Shown here piece after piece: positions 24,209-35,450 of a stretch of 64,000 nt of DNA. The DNA comes from Eukaryota sp. TZLM1-RC (lineage: Eukaryota; Protista; Metamonada: BaSk clade): assembly GCA_040285825.1 (NCBI GenBank), contig JAUPSS010000004.1:3603658-3667657 (forward strand), read 5' to 3'. The notes below the pieces were generated by a model, which saw only the letters and a list, made by a program, of their open reading frames with translations, had not been told where the DNA came from and searched no databases. The position numbers and the translations under genes were made by a program. The first letter of the stretch is position 1. Each line of letters begins with the position of its first letter.

Positions 24209-24643
24209 CTATTCACCTTCACCAGCAGAGGTAAACTTGGTAACAGCCTTGGTACCTTCAGAAACAGCATGCTTGGAGAGTTCACCAGGCAACAATAATC
24301 TAACAGCAGTCTGAATCTCACGAGAAGAAAGGGTATTCCTCTTGTTGACACGAGCAAGACGGGAAGCTTCAGTGGCGATACGTTCAAAAATGTCATTGAC
24401 AAAAGAGTTCATGATTCCCATGGCCTTGGTGGAGATACCAGTATCAGGATGGACTTGGCGAAGGACACGGTAAATGTAAGTAGCCCATGTCTCCTTGCGG
24501 GCCTTCTTGCGCTTGGGGGCAGCAGCGGCAGCACCTCCTTCAGCAACAGCTTTGCTTACAGCTTTGGCAGGGGCCTTCGATGGGGCTTTGGAGGGAACTC
24601 CCTTGATGGATTTGGTAGACTTTACAGACTTTTTTCCAGGCAT
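24209..24643 (-). CDS. H2B: Histone H2B, copy 2
   Basis: Protein identical to copy 1. Stem-loop at 24177-24192. Confidence 0.97.
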   Translation of the reverse strand: MPGKKSVKSTKSIKGVPSKAPSKAPAKAVSKAVAEGGAAAAAPKRKKARKETWATYIYRVLRQVHPDTGISTKAMGIMNSFVNDIFERIATEASRLARVNKRNTLSSREIQTAVRLLLPGELSKHAVSEGTKAVTKFTSAGEGE

Positions 24644-24792
24644 GAGATTGAGAAAAATGGTGATGGAGATTCAGTTTTTGCAACAAAAACAAGCTGATTC
24701 AATGGTTTGCCACAAACGACAATCTTGCAACAATCAAAATTGTCGTGTTGAAATTGAAATTCTATTTTCTTTTCCTCATTAATTCATCTCTC

Positions 24793-25176
24793 ATGGCTGA
24801 AGAAACTGGTGCTCGTACTCTCTCCTTCAAAGCTGGACTCCAATTCCCGGTAGGTCGTATCCGTCGTTACCTCCGTGAAGGTCGCTATGCTGAACGTATT
24901 GCAGCTGGTGCTCCCGTCTATATGGCTGCTGTGCTCGAATACCTCACTGCTGAGGTCCTTGAATTGTCTGGTAACGCTGCTAGAGATAACAAGAAGACCC
25001 GTATCGTCCCCAGACACATTCTCTTGGCTATCCGTAATGATGAAGAACTCAGCAAGCTCTTGTCCCACATTATGATTCCCTCTGGTGGTGTTCTTCCTCA
25101 TATCCATTCCGATCTCCTTCCCAAGGGATCCAAGGCTCGTGTTGAAGCCGAAGAACAAGCTTCTCAGGAAATCTAG
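24793..25176 (+). CDS. H2A: Histone H2A (SQEI), copy 2
   Basis: Protein identical to copy 1. Stem-loop at 25189-25204. Confidence 0.97.
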   Translation: MAEETGARTLSFKAGLQFPVGRIRRYLREGRYAERIAAGAPVYMAAVLEYLTAEVLELSGNAARDNKKTRIVPRHILLAIRNDEELSKLLSHIMIPSGGVLPHIHSDLLPKGSKARVEAEEQASQEI

Positions 25177-25956
25177 GTTGTTTTGTATGGTGTTTTTCAA
25201 CACTTTTTGGCTAATAAATTGGACTACTTTTCTTCTCTTTTTTCCATTATCTACTTCTTTATTTGGTCTTGCAACTAAATAGAAAACGTCAAGAAATAAA
25301 TGGGTAGAAGACATTTAGCAGTGAATTCATTATTACCCCAGCCACAAAGCTAGTTTGATTCAACAACATCGATGTTTCAATCATTATGATGACTGTTTCT
25401 CGACCCTTGTGTGTTCAGGTTAAACTAAACATTTCGTATTGGGAGAAAATTAATAACTAAGTAAATCGGCTGGGTATTTATGGAAGAATTGTGTCATTTT
25501 TGCTTTGTACAGAAGTGTTCCCAAGTACTTAAGTTTAATGATGTTCAAGCTGTACAAGGATTCATCAATAGTTGGTGTGGAGAATTTTGTTTCTTACGTC
25601 TTTTGATTTGTTTTGCTTTGTAATTACGTAGAAAATAAATAAGTAACCTAAAAGAATTTATTTACTTTACCAATATTAATGATAAACATTCAGTAAAACA
25701 TGTAAGCATTTAATGTAGAGGTAAACGTAAATGAGTCTAAATCAATTTTCCAAAAATAACATTAAACCAATAAATCACATGAAAAGCAAAGAATTAAAAA
25801 GAAAATGAAATTAACCATTTAAAATGTTGAGATATCCTTGACCAAATGACGTCAATAAATGGGAAATAATTCAAAGTATTTCAAGCAATGAAATCGCGGT
25901 AGAAAAAACACTTGAAAAGAAAAATCTCAATTAATCCAAAGCCAAAAGACAATATT

Positions 25957-28329
25957 TTAATCACAGACAATAGGCAACAATTCTTCTTTAATCTTCTTTT
26001 TCCGAAATGAAAACAAATAGAAACGAAAAAAAGGATAAAATTTTCTCAATAAAAATACGAAAAACCAAATAATCACAGAGACTAATAGAAAAATTCCAAT
26101 AAACACCCATCCGATTAAAATTTCAACTTCTTTATGTTCAACCTCCACATCAAAACTGGAGGAATCATTTACCAGCTTCATAAAGACTTCATTCTTGAGC
26201 AAATCTTCGTGCCAAACTTTGTTATTGTCCATAACCCTTATCCAGGCTTCTTTCATTGCCAATATTAATTCAAAATAACCGTCCTGCTCTATTTGGATGG
26301 TATGAGGGTCAACAAAAGTAGGCCTATCACGTGAAGTCTGAATTTTTCTTCCCCCGCTCCAATCAATTCTGATTATTGAGCTATCTGTACCAAATTCAGC
26401 ACCCACAGAAAGCAACGAAAGCGTCTTCCTATCACCATAATCAAGACCATCGTTCAACAGACTCCTACCGAACCCATGTGTGGTCTCCTCTCCCGAACCA
26501 ACTAAATCAACAATGGTTGAGGCAATATCAAAAGTTGACACAGGGTGATTAATTATAGTCCCAGGAGGTGGAATTTTTAAATTTTTACGATCCTGATCAG
26601 ATCCAAGAAAAGAGATCAATGCTGACGAATAGAACGTCTGATCATTAAATTTTAAAGGAGATGACAAGCAATCTGGGCATGAATCCTGAAGGTCATGACC
26701 ATAAGCCGAATGATCTCCAACAAAAACAACCACAGTAGGACGATCTCTGGTCTTCAGAAACTCTGTTAATCTAGAGACTAAATGGTAGTCAGAATACTCC
26801 AAAGCTCTGACGTAGCGGTCAAGCCAAGTCTTTGGTAATTCTGACCCTACATTTTGAGCTGAATCAAAAGTGGTGTAAGGCAAGTGAGTCGACACAGTCA
26901 ACAACCAAGCAAAAAGAGACTTGTTTGTCTGATTACTTCTGTCAAACTGCTTTACACTTTCAATTGTTTGGTCAATTAAAATTCGATCGTTATTAAAGTT
27001 TCTTGTATAACCAGATCCCGCATCTTGAACGTTGTTTTCGTAATTAAAAACCACATCATCAAACCTGCTAGTCTTTAACCACTTATCTTTACCATCAAAA
27101 GCAGGGTCTGTAGATGAAAAGTAAACTTTATGGTAATGACCTGGTGATCTGTCAACCAAATCAACAATATTATCAAATACCACCCTTGTTCTAGAAATAG
27201 AGCTAACATGAGGGTTAACAAACGCTTGATTGTAAATAGAAAACCAACTGTTTGAGGTTGGACAAGATGTAGTCACTGTTTGTTTATAATAGACACCAGA
27301 TTCTGTAAATAATTCTTTTAAATGAGGAGTTGAATTACTAATGGAATTGTTGTTAATAGAAACAAAATTCCCTGCCAATGACTCCCAAAGAACGAAGAAC
27401 ACATCAGGATAAACGATATCATCGCTAGCTGGGGGTTGGTAATCAAGACATTTGGGGTGGTAGGGATCAAGTGAGCACAATTTTGACAGGGAACCATGCA
27501 CAAGTGGAAAGTTGTCGGAGAGCCAAAACCTGTCAGTGGGCAAAGGGAACATGTTACGTAGTAAAGAGACTTTAGCGTCGAGGTTAGGATGGAGTGTAAT
27601 GTTGTAGCGTTGAGCATCGAAGGGAGATTCGGTGTGGAAAAGGGGGAAGAAAAAGTGAGTGGTAGGTGGAGTAGAAAGCTTGACAAGGTTATTAGATGAA
27701 GACAAAAGAAAAGGAGACAGGACCAGACAGAAGAGAGAAGACACGATGAGAAGGGCATGAAAGACGAGAAAAGGAAAAAGGTTGGATTTGAAAGACAAAC
27801 GCCTCGAGAGAAAAGCATGGTATAGTATAAGAACAATTATTGAACCAAACAACAGACAGCTGATTACAGTGGTGGAGATCCAATCCAGTTGAATGGCCAT
27901 TTTAACAGAGTCTAAGAGAAGAGAAAAGATGGATTGGGAAGGAGCTGACGAGGGAGAGGAATGGACATATAGAAAGAGAGTGGAGGGTTTTAGGGCGAGT
28001 CCAGCAATTGTTTTAAGAAGGGAATCAACTGCAGGTATAAGGTTAAAAAGAGTCAAAGATGAGTAGAAAAACACGTAGAAAGAGTAAAGCGGGAGTCCTA
28101 AGGCTCGGAAAAGAAGATAAGTAAGGGAAATAAGAATGAATGAGAAAAAGGCAATCCATAAAAACCACACAAGAGACCAAAATAACAGAGAGTATTGAGA
28201 GAGAAAGCCTTGTTGCGCAAGAAGGTATATGTGTAAACTAAGGTTGATGACAACAATAAACAGAAATTGAAGAAGAAATGGGAACTCAAAGTGCTTTAAA
28301 GACAGAGGTGATAGGAAAGATTTGGCCAT
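25957..28329 (-). CDS. LtaS/phosphoglycerol-transferase-like membrane protein (alkaline phosphatase/sulfatase superfamily)
   Basis: Multiple N-terminal TM helices, then PDVFFVLWESL, CPTSNS (Thr nucleophile position), STHLPY, VFVGDH, STFDIASTI and FGRSLL. Confidence 0.75.
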   Translation of the reverse strand: MAKSFLSPLSLKHFEFPFLLQFLFIVVINLSLHIYLLAQQGFLSQYSLLFWSLVWFLWIAFFSFILISLTYLLFRALGLPLYSFYVFFYSSLTLFNLIPAVDSLLKTIAGLALKPSTLFLYVHSSPSSAPSQSIFSLLLDSVKMAIQLDWISTTVISCLLFGSIIVLILYHAFLSRRLSFKSNLFPFLVFHALLIVSSLFCLVLSPFLLSSSNNLVKLSTPPTTHFFFPLFHTESPFDAQRYNITLHPNLDAKVSLLRNMFPLPTDRFWLSDNFPLVHGSLSKLCSLDPYHPKCLDYQPPASDDIVYPDVFFVLWESLAGNFVSINNNSISNSTPHLKELFTESGVYYKQTVTTSCPTSNSWFSIYNQAFVNPHVSSISRTRVVFDNIVDLVDRSPGHYHKVYFSSTDPAFDGKDKWLKTSRFDDVVFNYENNVQDAGSGYTRNFNNDRILIDQTIESVKQFDRSNQTNKSLFAWLLTVSTHLPYTTFDSAQNVGSELPKTWLDRYVRALEYSDYHLVSRLTEFLKTRDRPTVVVFVGDHSAYGHDLQDSCPDCLSSPLKFNDQTFYSSALISFLGSDQDRKNLKIPPPGTIINHPVSTFDIASTIVDLVGSGEETTHGFGRSLLNDGLDYGDRKTLSLLSVGAEFGTDSSIIRIDWSGGRKIQTSRDRPTFVDPHTIQIEQDGYFELILAMKEAWIRVMDNNKVWHEDLLKNEVFMKLVNDSSSFDVEVEHKEVEILIGWVFIGIFLLVSVIIWFFVFLLRKFYPFFRFYLFSFRKKKIKEELLPIVCD

Positions 28330-28977
28330 TGCATTGGAAGAACTATATGTGACAGAGATAGGGTGAATTTGAACTTTGAAAATTGATTCAATTTAATTGA
28401 ATAACATTGCTTGGCTAGACTCCTTCTAGAGATAACCATTGGACAACACTTGTTAATATACGTGTAACGTTTGTGAGATTGACGTTTCTTTATTGTCCAT
28501 TTCAGTTTTCGGCATTTTATTAATGCCCAAAAATTATCTGTTTTAAATAACATTGCGGATCTAGCTCACAGTACCGATACCTTTATACACAAAAAAAGGT
28601 TTAAAATATCGAAAATTTATTATTATTTCAAAAACAAGGTCTTGAACCCTTTCCATTTGCTCCAAGCAAATTCAGTTTTTGTTTTCATAAAGAACTGGTT
28701 ATCATGGGGATTTCCTTGATTATTACTATAGATTATTGAATTATTATTGTGATAGAATCAATGAAAACTAAATTGAAATCAAATTCCTGAAAAGAATTGT
28801 TGAATCTTATCTTCTTTGGTTATGAACCACTGTGTTCAGCAATTTCTGCATCGATATGCGATCAAAAAAACATAACTCTATAAAAAAGAATTAAAATAAC
28901 AAACCAACAAATTAATGTTCAATTTACATATTAATAAAAGCAAAAAACACAAAATACAACAGGAAGAAAACTCTAAT

Positions 28978-29508
28978 CTACATCAAAATACAACAGGAAG
29001 ATCCGCGATCAGCTCTTATTTGTTTCACCAATTGGGCAAAACTTTCCGTAACGTTGGTCTTGGTCTTGGCTGAAGCTTCAAAGAACACTGCCCCTATGGA
29101 CTTAGCAAAGGTTTGAGCCTCTTCCAAACTAACTTTTCTTTCGTTATTTAAATCAGACTTATTGCCAACCAGAACAACGGGAACAGAATCCGTTTCTTTA
29201 ACTTTAAGTACTTGTTTGAAAAGCATTTTGGCCTCCTCAAAGGAAGACTTGCAAGTTATGGAGTAAACCAGGAGAAAACCATCACCTTGAGCGAAAAAAC
29301 TGTCTCTCAATGAGGCAAAATCGTCCTGACCTGCAGTATCAACAATTTCAAGAGGCACTCTACGTCCATCGATAGTTATCTCAGTCCGAAAGGAATCAGC
29401 AACTGTAGGATCGTAATATTCAAGAAACTGAGAAGATACAAGTTGAAGTGTAAGACTGGACTTCCCAACACCACCACCTCCAATGACAACTAGTGAATGA
29501 GAAGACAT
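28978..29508 (-). CDS. Ras-family small GTPase
   Basis: GGGGVGKS, YDPT, DTAGQ, NKSD, EASAK and C-terminal CaaX (CILM). Confidence 0.95.
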   Translation of the reverse strand: MSSHSLVVIGGGGVGKSSLTLQLVSSQFLEYYDPTVADSFRTEITIDGRRVPLEIVDTAGQDDFASLRDSFFAQGDGFLLVYSITCKSSFEEAKMLFKQVLKVKETDSVPVVLVGNKSDLNNERKVSLEEAQTFAKSIGAVFFEASAKTKTNVTESFAQLVKQIRADRGSSCCILM

Positions 29509-29525
29509 CAACTAGTAGCACCCTG

Positions 29526-32500
29526 ATGTCAATAGTAGTGGATGTAGTAGCGGATGTAGATGAAATGAATCAAATTGCACTATTTACAACAATGCTGCTT
29601 CAATTCCAAGCAGACTGTAAGAGACTTGCTACACTTTTTGAGTCTTGGCATGACTGGAGCAGAGTACAGCAGCTGTTTGATAACTACCACAGAAAACTTC
29701 CCATTCAATTATGTGACTTTCTTGTGGAGTTTGCTATCAGTCTCCATAGTCAACAGATCTCTGTTATTCCAATCCTCAACCACTGCATCTATCCTATTCT
29801 CCCTATTCTCAATCCTCCAAATCTCTCCCAAACACTTGATACCTCCTCTTTCCCCTCCACTGAGCACCTAGTCAGCTTTGTTTCAATGAAATTGGTGCAG
29901 ATGGAATTAGAAATTGCTTATTTTCAGTGTATAATAGACCCCTCTTTTTCTTTAGATTCTTTTATTAATTATTTAAATAATAGTTCAGGTTTAATTATAG
30001 AATTAGCTAATATCTGCATTCAAATAGATGATTTCAATCTTGCATCAAGAGTAATGAATCTGTCTCTTACGATTAGCCGACACTATCTCAATTCGTCATC
30101 ACCCAAAATGAGCTCTTCTACCAAAATTTCCTCTTGTCTATCAGATTTACTCAACATCATTCTCTTATTTGACTCGTTGCCAAAATTAGTGTCCCCAAAG
30201 TATTCAAATTTCTTAATTCAAACTGGAATTCAGATATGTCAATGTTTATTATTTTACGAACCTGCTGATTTGCCTAAAATATTTGATTTTTTAACAAAAT
30301 TAGAAGATAAAATTGTTTTTATTGAGGATATTAATAAGGAGAGGTTACCAAATGGTCTCGGTTTGTCGTCAGATGACACCTTGAAAATTTCAAACTGTCG
30401 ACATCGACTATCAGGATTACGAGCTCTTCTTTCCCGACTTGATCAATCAAAGTCGAAATCAACTGTTGATATTGAAACACTTCCTTATTTTGCTCAGAAT
30501 TTCACCGAATTTCTTGTCAATTCTCTTTATAAAGTATTTACTGATACAAAACTCGATTTTTCCGATCTGAAATCACTCAGCAATCAGTCATTGATTGTAA
30601 AGGAATTGATTGATGAACTAGATCAGAAATCAGAAGACAATCAGATTTTCGTTGACTTGAGCTCTTATGAATTTTTGAACCTGTTTATTCAAATTTTGGC
30701 CGGAAACTCTGAGAATTTGTCGAAATCAGATGTTTCAACTGATACTAACCTAAATACTGCATTATCAATTCTTGAGCAATGGAAATCAGAAGAATTCTTT
30801 CGTAATTTTGAACATTTGACTAGCCCTGCCATGTTTATTGATCTCTTTTCCAAATATTTGCCCAATCTCCCTTCAAAGTTAGCCAGTAGCTTCTGTTTGT
30901 TTTTAGTTAGAGGGTTTGATTCCAAGTTCATCTATAACCAAATTTCATGCCAAGTGCTGTATCAGTCATGTTTATTTCTATCAAACTCTAATCTATTAAG
31001 TTGTTCATTTTTAGTTCCAATTTTGTTGAAGCTAACTCAAGAAAGTTTAACATTTGATACCGGGCTGTCTCCAATTGAGTTGGGTGAATTAAACCTAAGG
31101 TTAGTTGTCAGACTTCGAGAACGAATTTCTGTTTTGATTTCTGAATTTAATTCTGGGCTTACATTAACTGGAACGCCCGAATTTTTCGGTCTTGAGAAGT
31201 CAAACTTTTCTGATCTCTTTTCCAAATATTGCAGTTTACACACTGAAATTCTTTTTACGTTCTATTTTTCTTTACTCTGGATCAATAGGAAACCTTCAAA
31301 TTCACTCAAGGAAACTCATCAATCATTAATCAACAGCACGTCAGATGATTATTTTCGAAGAGTCCTTGTTGACCTTTCCTTTGTTCTGGTTAGAGCTCGC
31401 TCCTTAGTCCCAGGAGATGATGCATGGTTAGCCTTGGAAAGTGAGTTGGAAATGATTGTTAGTCAAGCAATTAATCATTTTGATTATGAAACGTCATCGA
31501 TTAGTGAAATGATTAATAGGAAAGAGTTTATTACTATTGCAAGTAGACTGGAAGGGTCAATATTGTTACAGAATTCCCACGACCCCTCACAATCTTTGAT
31601 CCCCTTAGCATGCATTGCTTCTGTTTCGGATAAACTGACTTTGTCATGTTTAAAATCATCAAAAGCGAACCAAATATTTGGCGTGGGATCATCGTGGGCT
31701 CACTTGACAAGTGTCACCAAAAATTCCAAAATTTGGGCACCTTCTAATCCTGCGAGATCAATTTTGATTGGTTTCACTGACAAAAACCAAGAAATAACTA
31801 CAATAGGAAAGGTTCTGCCAACGTTACCTTTGTCGGTCTTTGACATTCTTGTGCAGTCTTGCAAAGTCTCCTCCATTATTGACCATTATGGACCAATCAA
31901 AAAGTCAATGAATTTCTTGCTTCATAATTGTTTTTTGCACTGGAATAAGCTTGACCACCCTAATAGTTCTCAGCTTTCGTTTCTTAAGCTAAATACTGAT
32001 GTCTATGATAGAATGTCGACTCACACCAAGTGTCAGTGTGCTGTTCTTGTCTTTACTTGGGTAGAGAGGAGATCACCTGACAAGTTGACAAGTTGTTCTG
32101 AAATTTTGAAATGTCTTGAAGTTCTTTTGTTAGTTTTGGAGGGTATTCCGTCTGAATTTAACATTTCAAACAAAATTGCAAAATTAATCACCAAGCTACT
32201 TTCTTTACCTCCACTAATTAATTGTAAATCTCCAGTTAATTCTTTCACCACTTTATGCAATTCTGCTTTAAGCAAGGTTTTTGAAATTAATTCTAATCTA
32301 ATAAGTGGAGAATTAATTGTCAAATATTCTACTAATCACATTCACTTTCCTGATTTGATTAAGTATTTGATTGATGATGACGGTATCGTTGTGGAATCAT
32401 TAGTAGATCAAAATTTGAATGATTTTGACACGATTTCTTTTGTTCTAAATAAGTCTAAACTTTTAGTTTTCTACCACAAACATAACTACCAAAGTAATCA

Positions 32501-35450
32501 GCGTGACCGTTTTGTGACTCTTACCAACTATTTACTGTCTATTTTGGACAAGATTTCTGCAAAACTAAATGTTAATGATAAGAAAGTTGACAAAAAAGAA
32601 GGTAAAAAGCAATCTGACAAGGTAAAGAGCTCAGAGTCGGATGGGTTGAAAATTTTAAAACATTACCGAAATTTCAAACAGCGTAAATTAAAACAGAGTC
32701 TATCTTCAAGCATAATTCAACCAAAAGCTTTACTTTTAATGCTGAAATTCCTTTTGACAGGTGAACTTAAATCAGGAATTAAAAGTGTCATTTTATTTTC
32801 AAGAATTCAATCAAATTCAATTGTTGAGCTACTCCCAAATATTGCTGGTTTTATTAGTCAAATTAATAGTTTTGAAGCCTTTAACTTACTTTACCACTGT
32901 GACTATCTTTTTGAATACGAAAATGAACCATTTATGTTTTTGCTTTTTCAGATCTTTAGTACAATCAAGAGCCAGCCTTACTATCAAAATTCCAAAAATT
33001 TAAAATATTTGGTTGAAATTTATGAAAAAAGTCTATCAAGTTCTTCTATTTATTCTTTTATCAATTCCTTTTATAACTCAAACTTGGCACTGTATTATCA
33101 AAAATCAAAACAAGATCCAAGTTATTATAGCGATTTAATTCAACAATCAAAGCTTGTCAATAACACCCAGTATTTTTCTCTTTTTTCTTTAAATGCAGTT
33201 CTGAACAAATTAACTGATCCGAATTTTTCGAAAAAAAGTTTATCGACAGTCATTAATGATCTTTTAACGATAATCGACACATGTACTGAAAAATTTGACA
33301 CTATTGACAACTTTGAGCTACCATGCGCCTCAGTAACCACAACAAATCCTGTTGAAAAGTCACTTTTAATAAGGTCCAAGTATAAGTCTTTTTTTAATTC
33401 ATTTTCTATAACGAATTCTATGTTATTAATTAGAGCCTCTGTTTATTTATCATTTGTTTCTAACCAAGAAACTTTAACCAATTCTGCACTGGCACTGGGA
33501 AGTTCTTTGCTTTTGGGCTATGCTGCGGACTCCAATCAACGACCAATCAGTTTCTTTGATTGCTCTCAATGTCGTGATTTGGTTGTCGATGATCTCTTTA
33601 GAGCGTTCTCCCTAAGTTTTGAATTTGCTACTCCTAATATTCAAAGTTTTTTGGTTTTTTTGTCCAAAAGTTTGGTCAAGGCGGTTCTTGGTCTTGGTAA
33701 TTGCCAATTAGTTCTCCCACTTTCTCTTCTGGGACTTTCTTTAAGTAAATCTATTGGTAATATTTACAATCTTTTCGTTTGTCTCTTTGCCAATATCAAT
33801 GCTAAGTTGGGGTATTTAGAAAATTCTATTACCTTTTTTGTTGACCATTTTTATGGATCAAATTCTGATTACAAAAGTGCCGTTGAACTTCTTATCAATC
33901 AAAAACACAATCAAAATGATTGCGATGACGTTTTGTTCAACTTTACTCGTTGTTTTTTGCTATCCAAAGATGGATCTCAGCTCAATTCTTCAGAGTTTAA
34001 TTCTCTTTTAACCAAGATTTCTGCTACACCATTTCCCAATTATTTAAAAGCTTTTAGAGCTTTTATTTTATTTAATTGTTATAATTCTGTTTCTCAATCC
34101 TTTTCTTTGACTAGTACTTTATTAAGAGAGTCTGAAGAGTACAATGATGATGAACTTTCACAATTTCTTGAACTCTCAGAATTTGAATTTGAATTGGTTT
34201 TCCAAACTGTTTTTTCTATCAATGCTTACAAAATTGGGAATAACATCAAGGACTTGAATAGTTTTGTAAAAGGTAAGTTGTTAACAGAGTTGAAAAGGGG
34301 AAAGTATTGGAGCCTTTATACAGAGGTTATTCTAACTTTATTGGTACATGACTACTATTTCGACGTTTCAAATTTTGGAAAAACTCTATCTCAAGAATTT
34401 TGCTTAAGTTCTAATCCCATTTCTGTGGATTATTGTAAGTTATATTTGGCCACAATCTCCAGACTTCTTTCACCTGAAAATTTCGACTTGTCACTCGCTT
34501 GTCAGTTGTTAAATGAGATTTATTCATTTGTTTCAGGTTATTTTGAAGAAATTATTTACAATAACTGTTTTACTCCCATGGTCGGAATTTTTATTGTTTT
34601 TCTACGAATTTATTTTTCGTTGCCCGCTAGCCAATCGGAAATCATGTCCAATTTGAATTTTGATCGTCGTCTTTTAATTAATCAATTGATTAAAATTGTT
34701 AAGATAGTTCCTGTAGTTTTCAGGCATCATTTCGAGGATTTGTTCTTTATCTCTTATTATCACCAATTAGATCTGAATACAGCAGAAATGGAAGAAAAAG
34801 CTTTCAGTAGTGCTGAATCTCTGTTTCCTGTTTTTAATTATTTAAGTTCATTTTACTTAAGTTCCAAGAACCCCGAAAAAAGTTTAATATATTCTTATCG
34901 ATATAAAGTTTTCAAAACTATTAACCATGAATTATCAAAACAAGTTACTTCTCCTCTCCTTAAGCGACCTTTACCAAGCTGGGCCTTGCAATCGTATTTG
35001 ATTTCCTTAATTAGGACTCATTCTACTGTTTCTGGTTTATTTTTATTTGGAAATTTAATTGTTGTGGATTCTTTCAATTATTTGTTAATTAAAAACCAGT
35101 TGAATAATATCATTTCCAACAAAGTTGAGGTCAAAGGCTCTACTGGGGTAGTTTTTCAACTATTTTCTCTTCATTCTGTAAAGATTTGGTTTATTTCTAA
35201 TGATCTTCCTGTAAAAAGTATTATTAAGTCGTGTAAAGATTTAGATGAATTAAGTTTACGATTAATAAAACTGAAAAAGGAAGGTAATAATGATTTCTCT
35301 TGTATTCTTAATGAATTTATTGGATTTTCTGTAGATGTGGAATTGGATTTTGATTTCTTAAAAAGATTACTTAATTATCAAAGTCACGTTTTCATTGGAG
35401 ATAATGACACAGACAATGACCGATTGTCAGTGATTACCAAGGCGATTTAA
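29526..35450 (+). CDS. Large helical protein, possibly CFAP54-like (axonemal central apparatus)
   Basis: ~1970-aa open frame, Leu/Ser-rich. Segment IFGVGSS...IGFTDKNQEITTIGKVLPTLPL is reminiscent of CFAP54. CDS is likely real; identity is uncertain. Confidence 0.45.
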   Translation: MSIVVDVVADVDEMNQIALFTTMLLQFQADCKRLATLFESWHDWSRVQQLFDNYHRKLPIQLCDFLVEFAISLHSQQISVIPILNHCIYPILPILNPPNLSQTLDTSSFPSTEHLVSFVSMKLVQMELEIAYFQCIIDPSFSLDSFINYLNNSSGLIIELANICIQIDDFNLASRVMNLSLTISRHYLNSSSPKMSSSTKISSCLSDLLNIILLFDSLPKLVSPKYSNFLIQTGIQICQCLLFYEPADLPKIFDFLTKLEDKIVFIEDINKERLPNGLGLSSDDTLKISNCRHRLSGLRALLSRLDQSKSKSTVDIETLPYFAQNFTEFLVNSLYKVFTDTKLDFSDLKSLSNQSLIVKELIDELDQKSEDNQIFVDLSSYEFLNLFIQILAGNSENLSKSDVSTDTNLNTALSILEQWKSEEFFRNFEHLTSPAMFIDLFSKYLPNLPSKLASSFCLFLVRGFDSKFIYNQISCQVLYQSCLFLSNSNLLSCSFLVPILLKLTQESLTFDTGLSPIELGELNLRLVVRLRERISVLISEFNSGLTLTGTPEFFGLEKSNFSDLFSKYCSLHTEILFTFYFSLLWINRKPSNSLKETHQSLINSTSDDYFRRVLVDLSFVLVRARSLVPGDDAWLALESELEMIVSQAINHFDYETSSISEMINRKEFITIASRLEGSILLQNSHDPSQSLIPLACIASVSDKLTLSCLKSSKANQIFGVGSSWAHLTSVTKNSKIWAPSNPARSILIGFTDKNQEITTIGKVLPTLPLSVFDILVQSCKVSSIIDHYGPIKKSMNFLLHNCFLHWNKLDHPNSSQLSFLKLNTDVYDRMSTHTKCQCAVLVFTWVERRSPDKLTSCSEILKCLEVLLLVLEGIPSEFNISNKIAKLITKLLSLPPLINCKSPVNSFTTLCNSALSKVFEINSNLISGELIVKYSTNHIHFPDLIKYLIDDDGIVVESLVDQNLNDFDTISFVLNKSKLLVFYHKHNYQSNQRDRFVTLTNYLLSILDKISAKLNVNDKKVDKKEGKKQSDKVKSSESDGLKILKHYRNFKQRKLKQSLSSSIIQPKALLLMLKFLLTGELKSGIKSVILFSRIQSNSIVELLPNIAGFISQINSFEAFNLLYHCDYLFEYENEPFMFLLFQIFSTIKSQPYYQNSKNLKYLVEIYEKSLSSSSIYSFINSFYNSNLALYYQKSKQDPSYYSDLIQQSKLVNNTQYFSLFSLNAVLNKLTDPNFSKKSLSTVINDLLTIIDTCTEKFDTIDNFELPCASVTTTNPVEKSLLIRSKYKSFFNSFSITNSMLLIRASVYLSFVSNQETLTNSALALGSSLLLGYAADSNQRPISFFDCSQCRDLVVDDLFRAFSLSFEFATPNIQSFLVFLSKSLVKAVLGLGNCQLVLPLSLLGLSLSKSIGNIYNLFVCLFANINAKLGYLENSITFFVDHFYGSNSDYKSAVELLINQKHNQNDCDDVLFNFTRCFLLSKDGSQLNSSEFNSLLTKISATPFPNYLKAFRAFILFNCYNSVSQSFSLTSTLLRESEEYNDDELSQFLELSEFEFELVFQTVFSINAYKIGNNIKDLNSFVKGKLLTELKRGKYWSLYTEVILTLLVHDYYFDVSNFGKTLSQEFCLSSNPISVDYCKLYLATISRLLSPENFDLSLACQLLNEIYSFVSGYFEEIIYNNCFTPMVGIFIVFLRIYFSLPASQSEIMSNLNFDRRLLINQLIKIVKIVPVVFRHHFEDLFFISYYHQLDLNTAEMEEKAFSSAESLFPVFNYLSSFYLSSKNPEKSLIYSYRYKVFKTINHELSKQVTSPLLKRPLPSWALQSYLISLIRTHSTVSGLFLFGNLIVVDSFNYLLIKNQLNNIISNKVEVKGSTGVVFQLFSLHSVKIWFISNDLPVKSIIKSCKDLDELSLRLIKLKKEGNNDFSCILNEFIGFSVDVELDFDFLKRLLNYQSHVFIGDNDTDNDRLSVITKAI

